From the NCBI GenBank assembly GCA_964437465.1, contig CAYTGI010000003.1, positions 5,731 through 69,730 of the forward strand: a stretch of DNA of 64,000 nucleotides, in the 5' to 3' direction. Position numbers and translations under genes: made by a program. The stretch comes from an uncultured Candidatus Saccharibacteria bacterium. Its GTDB lineage: Bacteria; Patescibacteriota; Dojkabacteria; J137. Shown here in pieces: positions 49,784-60,400 of this stretch (position 1 is its first letter; each line of letters starts with the position of its first letter). Below the pieces are notes generated by a model, which was given only the letters and a program-made list of their open reading frames with translations, made no database searches and was not told where the DNA came from.

Positions 49784-49860
49784 GGTGACCGTAGCTCAGT
49801 TGGTAGAGCGTCGGTTTGTGGTACCGAATGTCGTGGGTTCGAGCCCCATCGGTCACCCCA
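49784..49860 (+). tRNA. tRNA-His(GTG), nested, CCA encoded
   Basis: G-1, GTGACCG/CGGTCAC, TCGGT-TTGTGGT-ACCGA, GTGGG-TTCGAGC-CCCAT, C73-CCA. Confidence 0.97.
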
Positions 49861-49881
49861 CTGTAATTTAGAAGAGGTTTG

Positions 49882-49901
49882 CCTGCCTGCCGGTAGGCAG
49901 G
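49882..49901. repeat. 20-nt palindrome CCTGCCTGCCGGTAGGCAGG
   Basis: Self-complementary; variants at 10317-10336 and 26532-26547. Confidence 0.85.
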
Positions 49902-50221
49902 TGGTACCGAATGTCACGGGTTCGGACTTAATTTTCTAAACGATCCCGATACAATCGGGAGAGTTTATAGAAAATTTGTTCCCGTTTCGGGAGCCCCGTT
50001 AGCCACCCAAAGATTTTTTCTGCAGTTTATAATACACTCAAAAAGTTGACAGTATTAGGAAAATTTTACTCTAATAAAATATATTATAGGTGGTTTAAAA
50101 TCGTTTTAAGTATCAAAACACCATTTTTTTATAGTTTTTAAATATATTTGAGAAAATTCTTCTTTTTGAATAACTCAGTTTGAAGTAAAAAATTGTTTTT
50201 CTTTAACTTTATAAGCTAAAC

Positions 50222-50662
50222 TTGAATGTGAAGTACAATGCATTTGCTTTGATTGAAATTATTGTTGTAGCAGCTTTAATTGCTTTTTTATCAACAATAA
50301 CATTCATTGCTATTAGTCCATCTCAAAACTTTCAGGATGTAAATAGTGCTCTAAGAAAACAGGAGCTTCTAGTAATAGTAAATGCTATTGAATTATACCA
50401 ATTAGACAACAATGGCAATTTCTCATTATTACGTGGTCAGTTCCCTGTACCAATGTACGATATTTCTTTAGCTAATATTAGAATTGATACTGGTACTTGT
50501 TAGGGTATTCCAATAGAGCTACTACCTGAGTTAGAAAATGAATATTACATACCAAAAGAAGAAGCTATAAGTGGCCTATATCGAGTACTTCCTATTGAAA
50601 ATGTAGGTACATTTGCTTGTACTACTCTAGTAGATGGAAGTTTTTATTATATTTTTTTCTAG
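50222..50662 (+). pseudogene. Type IV pilin-like gene with an internal TAG
   Basis: AFALIEIIVV prepilin-like motif; frame continues past TAG at 50501 for 52 codons to TAG at 50660. Confidence 0.72.
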
Positions 50663-50837
50663 TTGAGTTTTTCCATAATCCGATTCAAACGCTATATGTT
50701 AACCACACATTAAACTTTTTTTTTAGGATTATTTAATCATCAAACAACTAACCTAGTCTTACCATATCTATCCCATATCTAATACATTTATATTCTTATT
50801 ATTCTTTATAATGTAGCTGTATTATAATATCTGATAG

Positions 50838-51836
50838 ATGGGAATAAATTTTTTTAGAGAAAATAAAGCAAAAAGATTTTTAAATTGGATATTAATAATA
50901 GCTATTATTTACATTATTTTTTTTAGGCCACAGATAAATGATTTATTATTTCAGGACTTTATAACTTTGTTTTTAAGCATTATTGTTGAGGCTTTCCCGT
51001 TTGTAGTTCTGGGTGTCTTAATCTCAATATTTGTAGCCTTATTTATAAAATCAGAAACGATATTTAAGTATATCTCTAAAAATCCAGTTGTTGCTAATAT
51101 GCAAATTTCTCTTTTAGGAACTTTTATGCCTGTTTGTGAATGCGGTAATGTGCCAGTTGCTAGAAGATTTTTAATGAAAAATTTTACTGTATCCCAAACA
51201 ATTACTTTTTTATTAGCTGCACCGATAGTAAATCCAATAACAATCTACTCTACTATTGCTGCATTCGGTTTTAATATTAACGTAGTTTTAATAAGAGTCT
51301 TTGGAGCATTATTAATTGCAAATTTAACTGCCCTAATTTTTATTTTTCTCAACGATCGTAAAAAGTTGCTTAGAGAAGATTTTATTGAATATTGTGAAGT
51401 TCATGGCGATCATTCACATAAACATACTTTAAAAGATGTGTTTACTGAAGGATCGGATATATTTAGAGATGAGTTTATACAAATAATGAAGATGCTTATT
51501 CTTGGATCATTTATTGCAGCAATTTCTCAGACTCTAATTCCTAGAGATGTAATTGTATCAATTGGTAATAATGGAGTGCTTTCAATTATTGCTATGATGA
51601 GCTTAGCTTTTGTTATTTCTATCTGCTCTAATGTAGATGCATTCTTCGCACTTGCATATGTGAATTCCTTTACTATAGGATCGATAATAAGCTTTCTTCT
51701 TTTCGGTCCAATGATTGATATTAAAATGTTAAGTATGCTTAAATCTACTTTTACAACTCGAACTTTATTGATAGTTAGTCTGTCTGTTGCATTACTATCC
51801 TTTATAATTGGTCTATTAGCTAATCTAATATTATGA
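50838..51836 (+). CDS. YcgR/DUF318-family permease
   Basis: EAFPF, P.CECG.VP, FLLAAP.VNP, SICSNVDAF, FGPMIDIK; His-rich loop. Confidence 0.9.
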   Translation: MGINFFRENKAKRFLNWILIIAIIYIIFFRPQINDLLFQDFITLFLSIIVEAFPFVVLGVLISIFVALFIKSETIFKYISKNPVVANMQISLLGTFMPVCECGNVPVARRFLMKNFTVSQTITFLLAAPIVNPITIYSTIAAFGFNINVVLIRVFGALLIANLTALIFIFLNDRKKLLREDFIEYCEVHGDHSHKHTLKDVFTEGSDIFRDEFIQIMKMLILGSFIAAISQTLIPRDVIVSIGNNGVLSIIAMMSLAFVISICSNVDAFFALAYVNSFTIGSIISFLLFGPMIDIKMLSMLKSTFTTRTLLIVSLSVALLSFIIGLLANLIL

Positions 51837-52558
51837 ACAAAATAAGTGAGGGAATAGTTATATTGGGATTCAGCGTATATTCGATATACTTAATAATAAT
51901 CGACGACATAAATCTATATATTCATCCTAGATTTGTATCTTTTTCTTTAGTAACTGCAATTATTGCGGCAATCTATGGATTGATAATAATTTTTTTAAAC
52001 AGAAAATCTTTCACTATAAAAGCATATGTACCTAAATTTTATATAAGCGCATTAATATTTGTAATTGTAGTTGGATTTGGCTTTCCTGCTATGCCGCTAA
52101 GTGCAGTTACTGCAGAAAAAAGGATAGATAATCTAAATAATACTAACTTATATTTAGAGCCGAACTCTTACGATCCAAGATTAAACAAGCTTTTAGATAA
52201 AGAAGATAAAGATATTAACGATTGGGTTTATATAGTAATCAACTATCAAAATAAAGAATATTTTAAAAATCAGAAAGTTAACCTAAATGGTTTTGTTCTT
52301 CCAGATAAAAACTATTCATCGGGATTTTTTTATATTACAAAGTTTACTATTACTTGTTGTGCTGTTGACGCAACACCAGTTGGATTGTCAGTAAGATACG
52401 ATTGGATGGATGAGTTTGCAGTTAACGATTGGGTTGAGCTGGAGGGAGATATAGAATTAAGATTTAGAGATGAAGAAAACAAGCTTAATCCATACGTGAT
52501 AATTTATCCAGATACTATTCGTAAAATTGATCCACCAGAGGATCCTTATCTTTTTTAA
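51833..52558 (+). CDS. YcgQ-family (TIGR03943-like) permease subunit
   Basis: YIHPR, F.ITCCAVDA, W...EG, P.DPY; overlaps the ycgR-like gene. Confidence 0.88.
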   Translation: MNKISEGIVILGFSVYSIYLIIIDDINLYIHPRFVSFSLVTAIIAAIYGLIIIFLNRKSFTIKAYVPKFYISALIFVIVVGFGFPAMPLSAVTAEKRIDNLNNTNLYLEPNSYDPRLNKLLDKEDKDINDWVYIVINYQNKEYFKNQKVNLNGFVLPDKNYSSGFFYITKFTITCCAVDATPVGLSVRYDWMDEFAVNDWVELEGDIELRFRDEENKLNPYVIIYPDTIRKIDPPEDPYLF

Positions 52559-52603
52559 ACCTTTCAAATGGCACTTATGAGTTTCAATATTTAGTATTGT
52601 GAT

Positions 52604-52641
52604 AAAAAAAAGACTCTTCTCAGTTAAAGAGTCTTTTTTTT
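52604..52641. terminator. Bidirectional intrinsic terminator
   Basis: A8-GACTCTT loop AAGAGTC-T8 between convergent genes. Confidence 0.88.
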
Positions 52642-52655
52642 ATATATTCAATATA

Positions 52656-52907
52656 TTACTCAGCATCAGAAAGAATATGAGGAGACAGCATTCCTGCAAT
52701 CTTCATCATATGAATTTGCTCACTTCCTAAAACCTTTGCAAGTTTTTCATCAGGATTAATCATAGTCTTATTATTAGGATCCTGTAGATTGTTTTCTTTA
52801 ATATAAGCCCAAAGTTGCTTTGTTATTTGAGGTCTAGATAAAGGTTCTGAACCAACAATTGCTTGGAGTTCAGCAGATAGTGTTTTCTTAGTTTGTAATC
52901 CTGCCAT
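52656..52907 (-). CDS. SWIB/MDM2 domain protein
   Basis: LSAEL.AIVG...SRPQ..K.LW.YIK.NNLQDP.NK..I.PDEKL. Confidence 0.92.
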   Translation of the reverse strand: MAGLQTKKTLSAELQAIVGSEPLSRPQITKQLWAYIKENNLQDPNNKTMINPDEKLAKVLGSEQIHMMKIAGMLSPHILSDAE

Positions 52908-52993
52908 TTTTATATTATAAAAAATTTATTTATAAGATAACTTAACATATTTCGGAGTTAGTATCATGTTTATCCATTGAAAACTCATTACTC

Positions 52994-53690
52994 TTATTCG
53001 ATACTTACAGCCAGATAATCAAGTTCCATGTACTTCATCAGGTGTCTAGCAGGATATCGGATCGTAATATTCCCGGCAACATGGTCATCAATACCAAGAA
53101 ATACCTTCTTCAGTAACTTCAAAACCATAGATCATAATTGCGTGTCTTGTTTCTTGCTCCTCCAAAGGTCTATATAATCCATTTAGGTCAGAAACCCCAA
53201 CTATTAATACTTTTCCTTGATTAATATCTTTTGCTAGCTCGATAATCTTACTGTCAGGATCAAAGCCATCTCGATTGTAGTGATGCGCGGTATTATAATG
53301 TCTTTTAAACTCTCCTATTGCTCTAGAACCATAATCCAGTCTTGCTAATTCTAAAGCCATTTCAAAAAAGATAAAGTGATAAATTCGACCACCATTTGAT
53401 TCAGCAATTTTCTCAGCTACTTCATCGTATTCAACTTCTTCTCCTAAATACTGTAATGCATAATATGTAGCCAGCTCAGTGCAGTTTCCTTCACGTGCAT
53501 ATTGTTCATTAGGAATTGGAATATTAGCTTCTGGATTATCTGGATTAGCGGTTATTTTAATACCTGGAACAAATGTTTCATGGTAATATTTACCTTGGTC
53601 ATTGTCCATTTCTTGGCTTAGTGTGTTCAACATAACCATAGCACCAATTTCAAGTTCAATTGCCTTCTCTGTTATTGGTTCTTCTGCCAT
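52994..53690 (-). pseudogene. Papain-like (C39-like) peptidase, frameshifted near 53100
   Basis: GNCTELA (Cys), HAIMIYGF (His); shifted frame continues LGIDDHVAG...VSIE to a stop at 52994. Confidence 0.55.
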
Positions 53691-53805
53691 AAGATCTCTA
53701 TATAACTTACTTATATTATCACTGAGAAAATAGCTTGCATAGTTTAGATTATATATACATATATACACAAAGTTATTTAACTAGTATGATGTGCAAGATA
53801 TCCTT

Positions 53806-54399
53806 CTAATTAAGCTCAAGCATACCTCGGAACCCTCTTGAAGAATAAAAAGACTCAGCACCATTATGATACATAAATACAGTATCATATCGTCGATCTC
53901 CAAATAATGCCCCTCCAAGCTCTCTAATTTTTTGTGGAGTACTAAGCCAAGTGGATGTTTTTAAATCAAACTCTCCTAATTCTTGAAGAGCTCTATAAAG
54001 TTCTTCATTTAATATTTCTATTCCCATGTCTTTTGCAATTTCAACTGCATTTCCTCCTGGATTTATTCCTTTTTTCTTTCGTTGGTCTTCTCCTTCTTTG
54101 TCATAGCAAATACTTCTTCTATCTGGTGTTTCTTGGGAACAATCGATTATAAACAACTTATTTCCTAATTTAACTACATCGGGCTTACCACCAGTTCGCT
54201 CCATTGCAACAATTGATCCTATCTTGTTTTTTGTTAGCTTCTTTTCAACTTCAGTCCACTCTACTCCTTTATGTCTGTTCTTATTTTCTTCAAAGCGAGA
54301 TTTTAGAGTTTTCAATAATTCTTTTTTCTCATCAATACTAAATTTTTTATTAACTTTGATTTTAGTTATTGGGTTACCGCTTCCTTTTGGCATTTTCAA
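53806..54399 (-). CDS. DUF4256-like protein
   Basis: RFE.N..RH, ME.TGG.PDVV, RRSICYD, FDLKTS.W, YHNGAES.Y.SRGFRG. Confidence 0.82.
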   Translation of the reverse strand: MKMPKGSGNPITKIKVNKKFSIDEKKELLKTLKSRFEENKNRHKGVEWTEVEKKLTKNKIGSIVAMERTGGKPDVVKLGNKLFIIDCSQETPDRRSICYDKEGEDQRKKKGINPGGNAVEIAKDMGIEILNEELYRALQELGEFDLKTSTWLSTPQKIRELGGALFGDRRYDTVFMYHNGAESFYSSRGFRGMLELN

Positions 54400-54410
54400 A
54401 AATTTAATAA

Positions 54411-57400
54411 TTATTTTTTTCTTTTATATTTACTATATTTTCTATTTTGTCTTCTATCTTTTTTAAACTTATCACCAAAAGTGATACAAGAAGCTACCGC
54501 CCCAATTATTACTACTATTAAAACGAGATTAGTTAAATTAAACCCAGTAGGAAGTAGTTCTGAAATAAATGTTTCTTCAGTTTCATCAGTTTCTGAGGAT
54601 TGCTCTCCTTCTTCTGCTGTTAATTCCCAAACTGTTGGATCTATTGGCATCTCTGTTGAAGGGTCATCGGTACATACTGGTTGTTGATTAAATTCAATCT
54701 CATCGTTAATATCTCCGTCTTGATCATCATCCCAGTTTCCGCAGGCTTGATTTTGGACCATAATCATATCCTCAGGTATTGTAATTCTAAAAGTTAAAAC
54801 CACTTCATTTTCTGAATTTTCCTCATCAGTTCCTCCTGGATCAGGACCAATATTTCCTTCCCATACTAATTCCTCTGATATTTCGTTATACATGCAGTTA
54901 GTTGTTATTGAAATACCTCTAGGTTCACATGTAAAACTATTATCAACATAACTTGTTCCTTCTGGAATTGTATCTACAAGAATTACATCTAAAGCTTCAG
55001 TATTTCCATCATTCATCCATACCTGTTTCCATTCAAGCTCAGGTAAGCCCACTTCATTAAAAACTTTCTTTCCTGTAGGAGGGTCGAAAACGTTAGAATA
55101 AACAACTGGAGTTTCGGTAAAGTCTTCATTATCATCATCGTCTTCTTCATCAGAATATTTGTAAGAAATATAGACTTGGTTGTCTATCGTTTCAATTAAG
55201 GAATCATTTAGCTCTCTAACATCAACAGCAAAAACAACATCTCCAGATTCTCCAACTTCAAGATACCCTAGAGGAAACGCACAAACACTTCCAGCATTTC
55301 CATTTGGATCACAAATCCAGCCTGGGGTGCTTAGTGAAGAGTTGAAAGTAGTATTTTGTGGGACGTATTCAGTTATTACAGCATCTTCAGCATCCATATC
55401 ACCTCCATTTCCATAATTCAGTGTATATAAAAGTGTTTCTCCATATCCTATTTCTTCAACTTGAGGTTCTTTATCTATTCCTAAATTAGGTTTTGCGTCA
55501 ATATCGTCAGTATCAGTATCCTGATTATCATCAGGATTAAAATCTGGACCGTATTCTTCATCATAGTTTATTGAAGCAGCATTATAAATCTGATCCTCTC
55601 TAGCAGGTAAACTGTTATCCACATCTACAGCAAATAGAACTTCGTCTGTTTCTCCTGCTCCTAAGGATCCATAATCAAATACACATAGCTGATCAGGTTC
55701 TTCGTCGGTTGTGGAGCATGACCATCCTGGAGTACTATCTGATGAGTTAAAGCTAGTAAATTCTGGGGTAAAATCCTCTATTAACACATTGTTGGCGGTT
55801 GTGTTACCTTTATTTTCTATAGAAAGTGTATAGATTATAGTTTGTCCTGCATTAACAATTGTAAGTCCATCATCCTTAACAATAGATAAGTCTATCTCTC
55901 TTCTTACAGGGGTATCTTCATCGTCACTATTATTACCTGGTGTTAAGTCAGGACCACTTGCCCAGTCATCACTAATAGATATTGTATTATCTATTTGATT
56001 AACACTTTCTGGCATAGAACTGTTGACAGTTACAACAAATAAAGCTGATCCAGTATCTGATGGATTTAAGGTTCCAACAGAGTACGTACATGTACTTCCA
56101 GCTGTATCATCCGGAGCGCATATCCATCCTGGAGTACTAGACCCGCTATCAAAGGTAGTATATTCCGGTACAGTTTCTGTCAAAATTACATTTGTTGATG
56201 TTTGGTTTCCAGCATTTTCATAGAAAATATTATAAACAATCTGTTCTCCATTAAATACATCAATACCTGAATCATTTTTTGTAACAACAAGATCTGGACC
56301 TGCAATGACAGGTGTAACTTCAGAATCACTATTGTCACCAGGGTTTTCGTCAGTTCCATTTGTGCCATCATCTGAAATTGTAACGTTATTAGTTACATCG
56401 TTTACTCCTCCTGGGAAGACTGCATCTGTATCTACAACAAAATCAACTGATCCGCTATCACCAACATCAAGATCGCCAATAGAGAAAGTACAAGTACTAC
56501 CATCATTATTATCAGGAACACATGACCATCCAGGAGTGCTTGATCCTGGATTAAAAGTTGTATTATCAGGAACTACATCAGTAAGTACAACTCCTGTTGC
56601 ATCTTGACTTCCCACATTTGAATAGTCAATTGTATAGGTTATTGGATCTCCAGGAGGAACTGTAACATTACTATCCCCTTTTGAAACTTGTAAATCAGGA
56701 GCTGCTGTAACTGGTGTTGTATCTGGATCATCATTATTTGCAGGAGTTGGGTCAGCTCCGTTTGTCCCATCATCACTGATTGAGGCTGTATTATCAATTT
56801 CATCGTATCCAGAAGGTAAGGTTGTGTCTAAATCAACTGCAAAAGTTATAGAACCTGAATCACCTGCATCTAGATCGCCAATTGAGAAAGTACATGTACT
56901 GCCTTCGTTATTATCAGGAACACATGCCCATCCTGAAGTACTCGTAGCGCTATTAAATGTTGTACCAGTAGGAACATTATCTGTTATCTCAACTCCAGTA
57001 GCATCTTGATTACCAGAATTTGTATAGTCTAAAGTGTATGAGACAGTATCTCCTGGTAAGGCTGTTGCTCCTCCATCATCTTTAGTTATTTCTAAATCAG
57101 GTGCAGCATCAAGAGGATCAGTATCGGTACTTGTATTATTTCCTGGAGTTGGATCATCACCATGAGTTCCATCATCTGAAACATCTGCAGTATTAGTAAA
57201 GTTATCTATTCCAGATGGAATATTAGAGTCTATATCAACAGCAAAGTCTATTGTCGTGTTTGCTCCGTCAGTCAAGGTTCCAACTGAATACGTACAAGTG
57301 CTTCCAGAAGAGTTATCTGGTAGACATGTCCAACCTGGTGAACTTGATCCGTTATTAAAAGTTCCATAATCTGGCACTGTATCTGTAATCTCTACATTAT

Positions 57401-60400
57401 CAGCTTGAAAATCACCAACATTCTCAATAAACAGTGAATAAACGGTAGTTGAACCAGGAGTTACAGAATTAACTCCATTAGATTTTGTTATCTCTAAATC
57501 TGGAGCAGTAATAGTTAAGTCATCTTGTGCATCAATATCGTTCGTAGTTCTCTCATTAGGATTTGAACCATCAATGCTTGAATACTGGTTGATAGTAGCA
57601 GTATTAGTAATGACATCACCTCTTGATTGTCCAGTATCAATAGTTACGTCAAAAGTTATTGTACTTGTATCTCCAACTGCTAAAGTTGCCCATGAAGCTG
57701 TGATTGTTCCTCCAGACTCACTTAATGTGTCTGGTGCTACTCCAGAGTCGTGTGTTAAGTTTCCATCAAAGGTTAAACCTGATGGTAGTGGATCTTCTAA
57801 ATCTATTTCAAATGCATCACTTGTACCAGTATTTTCTATAGTTATCGTAACCTCAATTGAGTCGTTTACTGGTGCTTGATCAGGATTAAAGTTTTTTGTG
57901 ATAGTAATTTCAGGTTCAACTACTGTTGTTGTTACATCATTTGAAATACTTGGAGTTCCGCTATTAACAGTAATCTCAGCATTATTAACCAAATCTGTTT
58001 GTCCTGGAGGAAGACCATCGTTTCCAACTACATCTAATACATCAGCTTCAAGCTGAATTGTGAAAGTATTATTACTTGGATTTCCATCAACTGGAACTGA
58101 AAATGCTCCGAAAGAGAATGTTACAGGATTTCCACTTGAAGCTCCTCCTGAAATTGTTGGACTTGGTACAGTACCGTTAAATCCTGTTGAATCAACTGTT
58201 CCAGATCCAGAAACATACTGCATACCGTTTGGGATATTATCTACTACTTCAAGTGATGTTATAGAACCCTCAGGAACTATTACTTCAATCTCATAGGTAA
58301 CTGTTTCTCCTATTGTTACCTCACTTCCAGCAGTATAAGTCTCAGAAGTTGTTACAAGAGATTTTGTAGTAGTAGAAGACTCAAGTGTAACTGGTGCAGA
58401 GTCAGAATCATTATAGTCATTTATAAGAAATCCAGAACCATCTCTTTCTCCATCACCATCTCCTGAATTACCTGGGATATTTGATCCTGTAGGATTACTG
58501 GTTGTTCCTGTTCCAGGAAGACTAGTATAGGTTAGATCTGCTGTATTAGGAATTGTTGTTCCGACTAGAACAGCGTTGTCAACAGTTCCACTTAGATCTA
58601 TTGTTAGAGTTTCACCAGGTTCAAGAAAGCTTATTGAGACATCTACTAGGTTACCTGGAATATTAGAATTATCTGTTACAACTCCAGAACCTGAAGCAGA
58701 TGGAGTTACTGAAGATAAAATAACATCAGAGTCTATTGAATCTAATACATTTACATCATAAGCATTCAAAGCATTATTTCCTGTAGAGGTATTAGTCACT
58801 ACAATCTGATACTCAATGGTGTCTCCAGCATCAAGTGGAGTGGTAGTAACTGACTTTGAAATGTCTAGCTCTGGCTCAGCAACTATCACACTGACGTTTG
58901 ATGAGTTAGATCCAACTGTACTTATCCCAACATAACCTTGGAACCTATTGTTAAGGGTAATTCCTGACTGATTCCCTGATTCATTTAAAACTAAAGCATT
59001 AAACTCAACGACAATATATTCATTATCTGCATCTCTATCATCATTTGTAATATCTCCAAATTTAAAGTAAATATCAGTTCCACTAGAGTAAGAGTCTGAA
59101 TTGGAGGTAGAGTTGCTAGAAATTGCATCATCAGGTAGTTCACACTCCGGAGTGAATGAATCTACGTTTGCTTCATTCCCAGTAAAATTAAGGTCTGGGT
59201 TTGCTCCACCAGTACATCCTAAACCTCCCGGGGTTAAAGTTGTTGAGGTTGTTGTAGCTGCATTAGATATAAATGCTACGAATGAAGTTCCGTCATTTAA
59301 AAATTGCATTCCATCAGGGAGTCTATCCCTAAATTTGAAGTCAGGTGTTATCCCTTCAGCGACTCTTGCTTCAAGTCTATATCTTACTATTTCTCCAATA
59401 GCAACTCTTTCAGTTCCCGCAACATTGGTTGAATGTGCTTCAGAGGTGGAAACTATAGATTTATTAGGAAATGGTTCGAATACATTTATTGTAGCGCTAT
59501 CCTCAGTAAAGTAATCGTTAGCGCTTCCTCCTGGATCACCAGTATTTCCAGTTCTCTCTGTAGAGTTAGTATTAAAAGTAGATTGAGCAGTTGTAATATC
59601 TCCTGGTAATGAAGTCCACTCAACCTCTGCATCATTATCTATTGTTTGCCCTGTAAAAACAGTATTATCTAGTGTAACGTCGTAAGTTAATGTACAATCC
59701 TCTCCTAGTGGTAATTCATCAATCGTTGCTATTAAAGTAGGAGCCCCAGTATCATTTAAAACAGGTGGTGTTATTACTCCAGCTGAACATGAAAAGTTAA
59801 ACGTTGCAGCAGTATAAGTAAGATCGGAAGGAATGACATCATCAAAGCTAACATTATAAGCATTTAGATCACTATTACCGGTGTGTGAAATAGTAACTGA
59901 ATATTGAACTGTATCTGACGCATCTGCAGATGTTGGAGAAGCACTTTTACTAACTTGAAGATCAGGTTCTCTAATAGTTACATTCGGTGCATTATCACTA
60001 ACTTGTCCTAAGCTCCAACTTAACTCTGCATCGTTATTTCTATTTTGATTTCTTACATTTGCTGCAGTATTTAGTACAACTACGTCGTAAGTTATAGTTA
60101 TAGTTTCATCCGTTAAGTTATCTGTGTCACTATTTGTTAAGGTTCCAAAATCAAAAGTTATGTCTTCCCCTGAGTTTATTGCCGTTGAGTTACTACATAC
60201 ATCCCCAAATGTACCAATACTTGTTGAAAGTCCTGCTGAAGCTACTATTGATGAACAACTTACGAATGCTAGACCAGTATCTAGAGCATCATTTACAATT
60301 GCTGAAGTGAGTGTTCCTTCAGGTATAGTTAGCTCAACTTCATAAGTTATTATTTCTCCAATAGCAACATTGTTACCTGAAGTATGAGCTTGATTTGTTG

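Larger units (their letters stand above)
49735..50007 (+). tRNA. Outer tRNA-His(GTG) split by three insertions (pseudogene or intron-containing)
   Basis: 49735-49763 + 49876-49881 + 49902-49924 + 49992-50007 join into a complete cloverleaf with G-1:C73. Confidence 0.85.

Noticed and set aside
49764-49991. Group I/II or archaeal BHB introns in tRNA-His
   Set aside because: Inserts of 20-112 nt are too short for ribozyme cores, and I could not see bulge-helix-bulge motifs at the junctions.
41252-50007. Integrative island defined by the tyrosine recombinase and tRNA repeats as att sites
   Set aside because: The recombinase looks Xer-like, is 5 kb from the tRNAs, and the interval holds glyA and folD; no tRNA-end repeat flanks a cargo region.
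32964-50503. TAG or TGA stop-codon reassignment
   Set aside because: Only two isolated in-frame TAGs; conserved genes are uninterrupted and several end normally at TAG or TGA.
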